Shown here in pieces: positions 1 through 11,000 of a stretch of 35,112 nt of DNA. Position 1 is the first letter of the stretch. Each line of letters begins with the position of its first letter. Under the pieces are notes generated by a model. The model saw only the letters and a list, made by a program, of their open reading frames with translations. It did not search any database and was not told where the DNA came from. This stretch comes from Nemertoderma westbladi (Eukaryota; Animalia; Xenacoelomorpha). The stretch lies in the NCBI GenBank assembly GCA_032718475.1, contig JAUCBJ010005681.1, positions 1-35,112 of the forward strand. Reading direction: 5' to 3'. Both the position numbers and the translations under genes were made by a program.

Positions 1-645
1 GCAGGTTTTTTGCCTTACCATGTCCGCCAAAACACGTATATAGCAGAATGACTTTTATGTCCGTTAAAACACCTGTAACGGTACCTTGCGGGCGAGGGGA
101 ATATATATACAGTTAGAGAACCTTTTTAGAGTATTCCAGCGCCTGGGGGGAAACTGGATTGCGAAGCAAAAGGGGCCAGTTATATCCCACAGAAGCTTTT
201 ACAAGAATTGTAGAGAGGATAAAAAGTGCCCGAGGCAAGACAATGACAGGAGGAAGGTTCCCAGAGGGGACTGGAGAGGACAATTAAAACTCAGACGAAC
301 AATGGAGGGGCAATGTGCCTAGAAGGCACCATCAGGTTAATAGATTTATATTTTTACACTAACCCAGTCTAATTAATTTACGTAGTTCAATCAACCAGAG
401 CAATAAGTAAAATTTAGATCGCTAGATATAGTCAATATATAACAAAAATATTAAGTATGCACTATGGAAGTCAGATATAACCTTTCTCAACTAGCTAGTG
501 GGATGGGGGACTTACTGATTGAAACATGAGGACGAGGCAATGAACGGATCCCATTTATTACGTATAAAGCTCTCATATGTGAGACTGTGGGAACCTAAGG
601 AGAATGAGAGAATATGGTGAGGTTGAGTGGCGAGGATGCAACCTC
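1..645 (+). mobile_element. 3' end remnant (ORF tail, PPT, start of 3' LTR) of a diverged relative of element B
   Basis: GGAGGGG (304-310) followed by TGTGCCTAGAAGGCACCA resembles B's PPT/LTR junction GGAGGGGGAGA-TGTGGGGATGCCTGGAAGGCACCA. Further co-linear blocks match B's U3: TAACCTTTCTCAACTAGCTAGTGGGATGGGGG vs TAACCCTTTTTCCAACTAGCTACTGGGACTGGGGG, and TGAGTGGCGAGG vs TGAGGGGCGAGG. The upstream ORF peptide KKCPRQDNDRRK resembles B's RKRPRQDDDKGK. Confidence 0.6.
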
Positions 646-722
646 CATGAGAATATGGAATAGCGTTATATGAGCGAATATGAGCATATAATTATGGTTA
701 TAATAGCCTAACAAGTAAATTA

Positions 723-1108
723 ATCAAACTCTGGAATAAATTGCCTAAAGAAACTAGAAAATCAAAAAGTTTACCCATCTTTAAATGTAAATTATCAGAA
801 ACAACACAAACACAGTATTCCAGAGAAGAAGTGACATTACATCTACATTGTTATATTACATAATACATTACATAATATAACATGTAAAATACAAATGGGT
901 TGACTGTTTCGGTGTTTATTACAGCAAGCTGTAGATAAATATATTACTGTATACTATTGTAGGTAAATTATTTAATTATAATAAATAGTAGAATGACTAC
1001 TGATGCTTATACCCATGTCAATTATCAGCATTAATGCTGCATTAATGCTGTAATAATTATTGCAGTTTTTATGGGAATAAAAGAGATTATTATTATTAAT
1101 ATTATTAT
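723..1108 (+). mobile_element. 5'-truncated LINE (CR1/L2/Crack group): ORF2 C-terminus, 3' UTR and tail
   Basis: Translation from 723 gives IKLWNKLPKETRKSKSLPIFKCKL, the WNxLP...S...FK..L end typical of CR1/L2-group ORF2. AATAAA at 1076 is followed by an (ATT)n tail at 1086-1108. Possible TSD ATAGCC (703-708 / 1107-1112). Confidence 0.7.
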
Positions 1109-1183
1109 AGCCCCTGGTTAACCACTGACTCTCTGTCATGTCCTCGTCTTGGACCTCCTGGTTGTCCTTCCTTGTCTGGCCTC

Positions 1184-1467
1184 TGTAAAAGCTTTTGCGG
1201 ACATAACAAGTCATTTTCACGCAATGCGCAGAATACTCTAAAATAGCCCTAAAATTGTTCAACTACGCATCGGAAAGAAATTAGAACCAAGATGACGAAA
1301 TCTGTCAGCTGATTCTTTGTGTACGTGGAGGTTTCTTTGTTCAGGCTTATTCAGCCAATCAGAGCAATCTTCCCAGTTATGCCAGTAGAGACCTACCTTA
1401 GGAAACTAGCGCAATGCATTATGGTTATCGTTATTCTGAGAATTAGATTCATCTCAGAATTCTGTAC
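1184..1467 (+). repeat. 5' LTR of element A (portion shared with the 3' LTR; true right end not determined)
   Basis: 284 bp ungapped match to 14375-14658 with 9 substitutions by my count (~3%). Starts with TG. Confidence 0.9.
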
Positions 1468-1876
1468 CAAGTACGGTCGTTTCAGACTTTGGCCCAAGAA
1501 CATCTGATGGCCTTAGTTATAAGAACGTAAATCTATTAACTGAACATGGACTGAATCACTCATCTCACATCTCAATACGACCAAACTGAACTTCATGAAC
1601 ACATACTGACTGTTCACCGCACTGTTTTACTGCTGTTTTATATTGTGTTAATTGTTGTTTATTTTAATGGATGTTATATTTGGAGAATACCGATAAATAA
1701 TCATAAACCCCCTCAATCTTCTTGATTACTGAGGTAAGCGGAGAAAGAGTCTGCCGGTAGCAACTGCGACTTAAATTATAGTGGTTTTTATGTGAATTAA
1801 ATGCTATTTCATAATTCCTACGTGTGTCAGTTGCAATCCTCCTTATATATGATCAAAATCAGTGACAGTCGGCAAA

Positions 1877-1926
1877 TTAGTGTGAATTAGTGTAAATTAG
1901 TGTGAAGTAGTGTGAATTCGTGTGAA
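1877..1926 (+). repeat. 10-bp tandem repeat (TTAGTGTGAA)x5 in the 5' leader of element A
   Basis: ttagtgtgaa ttagtgtaaa ttagtgtgaa gtagtgtgaa ttcgtgtgaa. Confidence 0.8.
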
Positions 1927-3379
1927 GGTTAATAAAGCATCTCCTAAAGAATGCGCTATTTACGAAACTCTGTGGCCATCTAGTTGTGATTAGTATAAGT
2001 CATAACTCTGTTTTTATACTTAAAGCGCCACGTCCTAAAGGAACTGTTAATATTTCCCGAAAGTAAATATAGTTGTCAGAGATTATATATTTAATAATAT
2101 ATATTATATTAATTTTAAATATTATTAATTTGTAATATTTATTATTCAGAGTTTATGCAAGTATTTGCAACCTACAACTCCCCAAGTTTATTCCTTACAG
2201 TAATTGTGCTTGTTATGCATACCGTTATAGTTAAATTAACCCCGGTACTACTTCAGGGCTGCTCGGCGTAGGTAAAGACTGGTGATTTTGTGCTCTGGTC
2301 ACTCCAGCAGATACCGTGGTTCTTTTGGCTGTTCATGTATATCTAACTGCTAGTTATATGTTATATAAGTACTTGTACCTAATTTAGGGTTTAGAGTACA
2401 GTGCTTTCCTGAAAGTAACTTAATGTGTAGGCAGTATATTTGTGTTGTAACGTGGTTAATAGGTCCGTTAGCTCTGGTTGGCTTCGATAATTAACCTCTA
2501 GGTATAGGACACTCCGGTTACATAACGTAGTGCTTATAGTTTAAGACTATAAGCCGTCAGATGGTGGCATTTCCTTATCTGGACAACGCAACGTACTTAC
2601 TACTACTTTATTGGTTTCAAATACCGTAATTTCCTGTCAGTTTGTAAGAACCAGAAATTCTAAGTTAGGCCCTGTTAGGGTTAGGCTGGTTAGGCTTATT
2701 CATAAATTTCTTGTTAAATTACCCTAAAAAATTGTACGTGTAACTTGTTTACTGTTTATTTAGAGATTGTGTAATCTCAACCCGTTACGTAAGTAATTTG
2801 TAGTGATAAGTAACTTAGTTAAGTAGAATTATCAGTATTAGTGTCTAACAATATAGCACTCCACTGAGAGCGTTCAGCTTCTGTGTAGTGACTTCTTACT
2901 TAGAAATAATAACATTTATTTCAAATATTGTCAAAACCCATTACGGGTATATATATATATATATTTATAAATCAACTCAATCAGATTTATAAAATAATAG
3001 GCCTGTTATACATCAATTAGGTCTTAATATCAGTTGAACTACTGCTTAATATCAGTAATAAAGTAAAGGGAAGTAATCCCTAAAATTTGGATAATCAGTT
3101 ATTATTAAATTATTGACATTACCGGTGTTTACGGTAAGCTTATTATATTTATATAAATTAGGCTAAACTTATATACCGGTATTCTGTGACTGATCCTAGT
3201 CTGTAATAATACTGATATATATATACTATAGGTGTATACCGGTATTCTAATATTAAATATATACCACGTTACATTGAGTAGCGATATCGGTAACTACTAG
3301 ACTGACAGGTGATACTGATTTCCCCTAGACTTGCTTTAACTGTTATTATAGTAGTAGGCATTCAACTGTAAAATAAATT

Positions 3380-6300
3380 ATGTCTGACACAAAGCAAACA
3401 CTGTCAGATAGTCTCTTAGAAAGAACGATCTGTGACCCAGATCAAAGTATAGAACATCTCAGACCGAAGTCTAAGTCCCCTCCTACTGTAAGAAAGTTTA
3501 TCGCTACAGTAGTGGTATCGGACCCTAGGCTAGTAAAGCACCATAGGTCTATTATAGGCACTAGGGCTCAAGTTAAGCGAGACCAGGAGACGGCTGCCAA
3601 ACAACAACAGCACCCGAACCGAGAACTTATTTCTCAACTGCGTAGTAACTCTAGTTCCGACACCGATGAGTTAACGCCCGAGATCGGAACAAGGATGGAA
3701 GAAGCGGTTTATCCAGATCCACTTCTAATTCTTCCTGGAGCCGTACTCACTAGAGTACTTATCGCTGTAGAAGAACATCAAGCGGATTGGATGAGGAATA
3801 AGAGATCGACCAGGGACCGTTATGCAGGATATCCGATGGAAGAACTAAGGTCTATTGTAGAGACACAATGGAACTTCCCCGTACCTGGACTCCCGTTTAA
3901 CTTATCGGAAGCTGCCTGGGAAGACTTATACCAAATGGGGGTAGTAAGGGACACCCGAGATCCCGCTGTATGGAAGAGGTCAGCAGCAGGATATGTCCAG
4001 GGATTCTTCAACTCCTTGGAAAGAATAGAAATACTATTATTTCAACAACACAAGGACCCCAAGAGCAGGGAGAGATGCTTTACCAAGTGAGAGAACGTAT
4101 CTTGAGGATCAGGTTAATCCTTTCAGCCTTTGAAGAGGCCTCGAAGAGAAGTCAAGACACGTCGTTGCAAGTGTCTGTAAAGACTTGGTTCCAACGAGTG
4201 AATGTTAAAGTCCAGGGAACAACACAATGGAGGGTTCAGCTAACTGAACGCATAACCCACTGAGAATCAACAGATGCAACCTTTTCTCATGTGGAAGGCG
4301 AGGCGGTATCCGAAAAACCTCAGAAGAAGGATGCCATTGACATCTATCTGTCGGATTATCAACGATTTATAGGTGACAAAGAGCTAAGGAGATGTCTAGC
4401 TGGACTTCATCCCAATAGTGAGGGAGCCAAATTCGTGCTGGACTCTTTAGATGCGGAAATATTAGCTGCGGAGCAGGCTAAATTTGATGAAAGCATTCTC
4501 ATCACAATGGACCAAGAAGAACAAATAAAGAAAAGGCAAATAGAAGACCGAAAGGTAGCAGCAGCGGCGGCAGCGGCAGAAGCTGAAAGAAAAGCGGCAG
4601 CGGCAGCGGCAGAAGCTGAAAGAAAAGCGGCAGCAGCAGCGGCAGCGTCAGAAGCTGAAAGAAAATCCCAAACAGTCCTGGACGCCGAGCAAGACATTAT
4701 AAACAAATTGTCTCCCATCCTCCCGATGTGCCATCCAGCTACTACGTTGGCGACTCCCACCTCCGCGGTTGAGTGGATGGATGAGGGACGACGGGGGATG
4801 GAGCAGTTGCTCGGATAGCTCAAGGATAATAAAATTGAGTCTTCCAAACAAGTCCGAGAATTGGAAGGGACTGTTCAATTGTTAAAGGGAACAGTAAGGG
4901 AGAGTAGGTTAGAGCTGCAAGAAGTACACCAAAATATCGCTCTAGAGCACGATAAATTAGTAAATATACAAATGGGTATACCACCACCCCCTGCAACAAT
5001 GTGTCAGCCCGTGAGGTCTGAAGTATTTCATGCGCAAGGTGTGGAGCCTACACGCATCTATACTGCTAGCGAAGTAGAAACTCCAATAGTAAACCCTATT
5101 AATGGTATTAATAAACCTGTTGATAATGATATTCCATACAGATCTGACAATAATCCGAGAAATTTATATACCGATAATTCGATATAAATAATACGATGGC
5201 TCAAGAAAGTTTTACACGTCAGATGGCTAGAATGGAAGCCCGTCAAGCGGTAAAGGTGGGAGAGGAAGTCAAGTTCAATGGGGATGAGATGAAGTGGTTA
5301 CCTTTTAATGAATATTACAAAGATAACATACAGAACTCCGTAATATCCAACGGAGAGAAACTACGATTCCTCATCGAGTGCTTGGAAGGACCTCCCAAGT
5401 TAATGGCGTTAAAGTTTATTGGACATCCGGACGGATTGAGACAAGTTTTGGATACATTAAACATCAGGTATGGTAACAGGACTAACATAGCTAGGTATTT
5501 GTATGCAAAATTAGTAGCGCCCCGAAAGTTTCTTAGCAGCGGGATTATAGAGTTTTCCGATGAGATTCAGGAGATCTGTAGACAGCTAGACTGGTTAGGT
5601 AAGTCTCAGGAATACCAGAGTTCTCTGGTTGTTGGAGCCGTAGCATCAACTTTGCCAAAGGGTGGAGTAGGTACTCGCTGGGACAAAAAGGTTCTCTCTT
5701 TGATGGACCAACAACATAGAGATCCAACCATGGCGGACCTTCTGTCATTCTTAAACAGAGAGGTAAGATTACAACTCCTAAAACAGTCTAGAGAGAAGAC
5801 TCCGGAAAGTAAGGTAAGTGAGAAACCCGTTACTAGGAGGTTACTAGGTAACACCAGTGTGTTATACGGATTGTGGGAGTCAGACGACGTCTTATGACGA
5901 AGATAGTGGCAAGGACACCGAAAGATCTTATTATGTAAACAAAGTTATAAAAGACGTAAGTAAATCTAAGTCTCGAACCAGTGACAAGAGAGAACAGGTA
6001 ACAACTCCCCCTACGTCTCCTAAGAGAATTCATGGAAGAAAGCCTGAAGAAAGAGCTAGAATCCACAATACGACGCAGGTTAAGGTAAGTAACATCAAAC
6101 CTAAGTGTGTATTATGCGACGGGCTGCATCGCTTGAGTGGGTGTGAAGAATTCTTAAGGAAAACATTGAAGGATAGACGTGATGTCATGTGGGATAAACG
6201 GTTGTGCTATAACTGCCTCAGACGAGGACATCAACGAAGAACCTGTTACTCAGAAGCGAGGTGTGCTAAGTGCGGCGCGAAACATCATATTTTGCTGCAA

Positions 6301-6498
6301 ACCGAATTCGATAGGACCCGGACGAGTCAGGTAAGTGAGCCCGAACTACATGTCCAATTCAGTGATGTGAACGACACTGACCAGAGTTCGGAGATGGAAG
6401 GATTCTACACTGATGAATTTTCAGACGAAAATGAATCCTGTTATATGATCAACACAACTGTGTATCGAGCACTTACGTATGAGACTGAAACGGAGTGA
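3380..6498 (+). pseudogene. gag: Disrupted gag of element A (long N-terminal region, BEL/Pao capsid core, three zinc knuckles)
   Basis: Consecutive ORF pieces are split by stops and frameshifts. KFNGDEMKWLPF...SNGEKLRFLIECLEG...RYGN is a DUF1759-like core. CVLCDGLHRLSGC / CYNCLRRGHQRRTC / CAKCGAKHHILL is the BEL/Pao triple knuckle. An (AAAAAEAERK)x3 repeat lies at ~4555-4663. Confidence 0.88.
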
Positions 6499-6582
6499 GA
6501 AGAACCCCGACTGTCTATTCCAGATCGACAGCTCTCTGGTAAAGCGCCAACATCATCTGTCGGTATCCGAGAGTTTCCCGTA

Positions 6583-7200
6583 GTGCAACTGAGGGTCCAT
6601 GGGATAGGGAAGAGCTTAATAGTGAACGCCCTCCTTGACTCCGGCATTACAGGCACTTTTATAGACAAAGACCTAGCCGAAGATATCTTTGCTGGTCAAC
6701 CAAAGTTCCGAACCAAACTGAACCTTTCTGGAATTATGCAGGTTTGGAAATCCACAGTATCCACCAATTATTACATGGGTTCGTTGTCCACTCCCCAGGA
6801 TGAACTAGGAGAAAATAGTGTAAGGTCAGTTAAGATGGTGGCGATAAAGAAATTTGCTACTAGCCAAGTGGAGCCTTACAACTGGGATGAAGATCATTTT
6901 GCCCAGCAATACAACATACCTAGATTCAGTTCCGAATATCCAGGGGTACAAATATTACTCGGCCAAAATGCGCACGAGGTGCTTGAGACAATAGAAAAAC
7001 AGCCTGCTCGACCGCGACCACTCCAGACTTACGCGGGAAGAACAAGAGTAGGTTGGTACTTCACTGGTCCTTCCCACAGGACTTTACAAGAAAGACTCCC
7101 GAGCGAACAAGTCCATCAGGTCAATAAGTGGGAGGAAGACATACGTGAAGAAGGAATCCCAGCTGAGGAAACCCCATACTCCTCAGATAACGACGATATA
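6583..7200 (+). pseudogene. Aspartic protease domain of element A
   Basis: VNALLDSGITGTFI active-site motif, then QILLGQN and RTRVGWYFTGP (BEL/Pao protease end motifs). Confidence 0.85.
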
Positions 7201-9198
7201 CATATACTCAGTCGCTCTAATATAGATCAATGGAGACCAAATCAAATCAAAATCAAATTGCCCTGGGACGATTAATCCAGCTGACATCGCTTCCAGAGGA
7301 GCAACTCCTCAAGAATTGATAGATACTCCAGACTGGTTAGGTGGACCCGACTTCCTAGGTAAAGAAGAGGAGGAATGGCCCCCTCATCTCACCACGGCGG
7401 AGATCAGACAAGCCAAGGGAGCGGAGAAAGTCAAACCGAAAACCCGGATGAGTAAATCAAAGCTGTTTAAACCAGCGCTGGATCTGTCTGTACTACACAC
7501 CGCCAGTGACACCACTGTAGATCTAAAACTCACCCGTGGATGATACCCGAGCTATAAATAAATCCGTTATAGAAATCAAGGAAAGAGACTGGAAATCTAG
7601 AACACCAGACGTCTCGCAAGGACTCTCTCCTCTCCTACAAAGAGCGATAGATCATTATAGCTCCTGGAATCAGCTCTGCAAGGCCATTGTGTATCTGAAA
7701 AGATGTTTCCATCATGACTATTCCAGGACGAAGATCGCTAATGGTACCGCTCCAGTAGTAGCTGAAAAGGTCCATGCTACTAAAGACCTTCCCACTTATA
7801 GAGTGTCTGACAGGTTTCTGACTGAGAAGATCAGTTACCAAGAACATGATGATACCAATAAACAGATACTGAGACTCCTGCAATGTTACGAGGATTCCGA
7901 TAAGTATTTCCTGTTGTTGAGAAATCCACAGATGCGCTTAGGGGTCGTTTCTCTAGCACAATGATAGATGGGTTGATACGTGTCGGAGGGAGATTAACCA
8001 ATGCTCCATTGTCCTTTGACACTAAGTTTCCCATACTCATTAGAAATCTTGAAATACAAATCAAGATGATTGTAGATGTTCACAGTAAGCTTTACCATGC
8101 TGGTAGAGAACGAGTTCTTAGCGAAATTCGAACTCGCTATTATTTCTACAAGCCCCGTAGAGCTCTAAACCAAGTTCTTAGGAACTGTATACCCTGTAGG
8201 AAAGCATTTAGTAGGCCTTTAACACAGCAAGAGGCAGAATTACCTAGGGAACGAGTAAGCTGTTATGAACCACCCTTTACTAATACTGGTGTGGATTTAT
8301 TTGGCCCTATTGAAGTATATCGAGCTAGGACTATAGTCAAGCGATGGTGCGTCATCTTTGTCTGTATGAATTGTAGAGCGATCCATCTAGATATGGTGAA
8401 CGATCTATCTACCAACAGCTTCATACTGAGTTTACGCCGACAAATCGCTCGTTTTGGGACTAGCAACACTATGAGATCTGTCAGAGGAACAAATTTCATT
8501 GGCGCCAATAACGAGATCAAAGATTATGTAAAGGATTTGAACCAAAGACAGGTGGACGATCAGCTAAGAGTAACAGCATCTAGCTGGACCTTCAACGCCA
8601 CCGACGCCCCTCGGTGGAGAGGAAGTTGGGAGAGACTCATACGAAGCATAAAGACCGCATTTCACTTTATAGTGCCATACCGCGCGTATCTCACCGACGA
8701 ACTTTTGCGGACGTTAATGGAAGAAATCGCCGCCTATCTCAACGGGAGACCGCTTATGCCAGTCTCATCTAGTCCCGATACCCTAGAAGCGCTAACACCC
8801 GCGCATTTCCTACTAAAGAAACCTGTAGCTATGCTCCCGCAATCGGAAATAACAGACGGAGACGAATACTGCCGACAAACTTGGCAACTTATGCAGTTAT
8901 TATCCCGTCGTTTCGCTGACCATTTCGAAAAACATTATCTTCCTACGCTACAACTTCGAACAAAGTGGTTTGCGCAGAAAGAAAACATCAGCGCCGGAGA
9001 CATGGTCCTTATCGTGGAATCAGATCTTCCCCGTGCCAGACAGGTCGTATCATCGAGACTCATATATCCGATGATAGTTTAGTGCGATCGGTAGAACTCG
9101 TCGTCATGCGACATAACTTTAAGAAACCTGGAATTGTGTTCGAAACGCAACAAATTAATCGCCCGGTTGGTCATTTATGTTTACTGGAAAGAGATTGA
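7201..9198 (+). pseudogene. pol: RNase H C-terminus plus integrase of element A (frameshifted)
   Basis: PGTINPADIASRG...WLGGPDFL (RNase H end); DGLIRVGGRL; HSKLYHAG...CIPC (HHCC); TGVDLFGP, RSVRGTNF (catalytic D changed to V), WERLIRSIK; DUF5641-like tail DSLVRSVEL...RPVGHLCLL. Confidence 0.92.
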
Positions 9199-9861
9199 GA
9201 GTTGTCCGGTAACTATGGAAGGCAAGAGACTCTTCCCACGACCACCTCCCTAATCCAACAAACATCTAGGGTCTCCCCAATGTAATAACGTTCGGAGTGG
9301 GTGTGTGACCACATTATTTTATTTTTATATTTATGTATGTATTACTATATAATTTTTATTATTATAATCGTTTTCTTTAATTTTATTTAGTAGAATAATA
9401 TTTTAACGATTATTCAGTAGATTAGTGCAATATATTCGTGTTTTATTACTTAATTACTTAGTATAATATATTTCGTTTAACGGTGAAAAATAATTCATTT
9501 TCTCTTTCCTTACTGTCCGTATCATACTATAAATACGTGACTACAGTAAGATGAAATGTCAGTACTTATTAAAGTACAATATCCCGCCCCTACTATACTT
9601 AAGTATTATTGCTAAGTAGAGTATTAGGAATGCAAAGTTCAGATCCTCGTGTCTCGGCTAAACCAAGCTCTGGGTAGACCTTGGAAACGACTTGCCTCTT
9701 CTCACTGACATTGCTTCTTGCAATATTGCTCTCATACCGTATCTTAAATAATACGTATAGTAGAATGATGTCCATTTAACAGTAGCGATTGAAGCACAAA
9801 ATATTTGTTAAACAAATCTGTTAATCAATCTTCAAATAAATCTGTTAAACCATTTGACCAT

Positions 9862-10178
9862 CTGAAATTCTAGTTGATTAAGATATCGCGGCACCCACCG
9901 ATATACTTGAAAGACAAAATTCTAGAATCAGTGGTTAACATCCCCAGACATGTTCTGGAATAAATAGGTGCCCATCCTAAATATTAAATATTTAATAAAT
10001 ATTTACAACGTTTGTTATAACAAATGTTAAAATAGAGAAAAATATAAATTGAGTATGTTAAAATTTTAGATCCTCTAAAATTCTAGTCGATTGAGATATC
10101 GTAGTACTTACTGATACTCTTAAAAGACAAATTTCTGGAATTAAGGATCCTAGTTCCCAGACATGTTCTAGAATAAAA
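9862..10178 (+). repeat. Diverged direct repeat (~105 bp core, ~213 bp offset) in the pol-ORF3 spacer of element A
   Basis: aaattctagt.gatt.agatatcg...aaagacaaa.ttct.gaat...cccagacatgttct.gaataaa occurs at ~9862-9965 and ~10075-10178. Confidence 0.75.
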
Positions 10179-11000
10179 TTGTGTCTATTTTAATATCAAA
10201 TAATAAAATTCATGGGAATAAATTTTAAATTCATATCCTCTCATGAATTTGATAAATTGTCATTTTATACAATTTATAAACATTCCCAAAATTCCATTAA
10301 TTAATAGATCATGGGAGCGGAGATTCACCCTATTAAGTATATCAGTGTGAGAGAATCTCCAGTGTACAGTCAATAGACGATAAAATTCATAAAATCATGT
10401 ATAAGGGGAATATTGACAATTAAAGAATCACTATTAAATAGCATCCCAGATCTGTATGCATGAGAAATACCCTAATTCTACCGCTAGCTTTGCATAATGT
10501 CACCATAGTAACAACCACGCTAGAATTAGAAGTGAGTTAAAATAACAATAGAAAGCTTGCCCCATTGAATATCATGCGGAATAAATATCACCTTGCTAGT
10601 ATCTAGGGATACATAATAATAATGTGGCATTCTGGAAGGCCTTTGACTAACGGACAAATGGCCCTAATTTGTACAAATTGTGGCAGGAATGTGGAATTTG
10701 TGTATTTATAGGTGAATGTTACTACTAAAGTGTGTTTACAGTAGCGAGTCGCAGTTGTGAAAGTTACTCTGCATCTGTAGCAAGTACCTCCAGTATGTCC
10801 AAGCCCTTGGGACGGACAGTGGGGTGACTCGCGCTGGTTATTGTTGTCGTTGTGTAGCTACTACGTTGGCGAGAGGCACAGCAACGACAGTACATCAGCG
10901 CTGAGGATCTCATGCTGTCTGGGGGCATAGAGGGGGAGGCAGCGACGACCACTAGCCTGATTATTATTAACTCTAATATCGATAAACTCATATAGCAGCT

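Noticed and set aside
1179-1183. Target-site duplications for elements A and B
   Set aside because: Each element has one truncated outer LTR end, so the flanks GCCTC (A) and CTAGC (B, 20531-20535) have no verifiable partner.
1681-1692. TGGAGAATACCG as the PBS of element A
   Set aside because: Only about 8 nt resemble a tRNA 3' complement, no CA terminus precedes it, and the LTR right end cannot be fixed.
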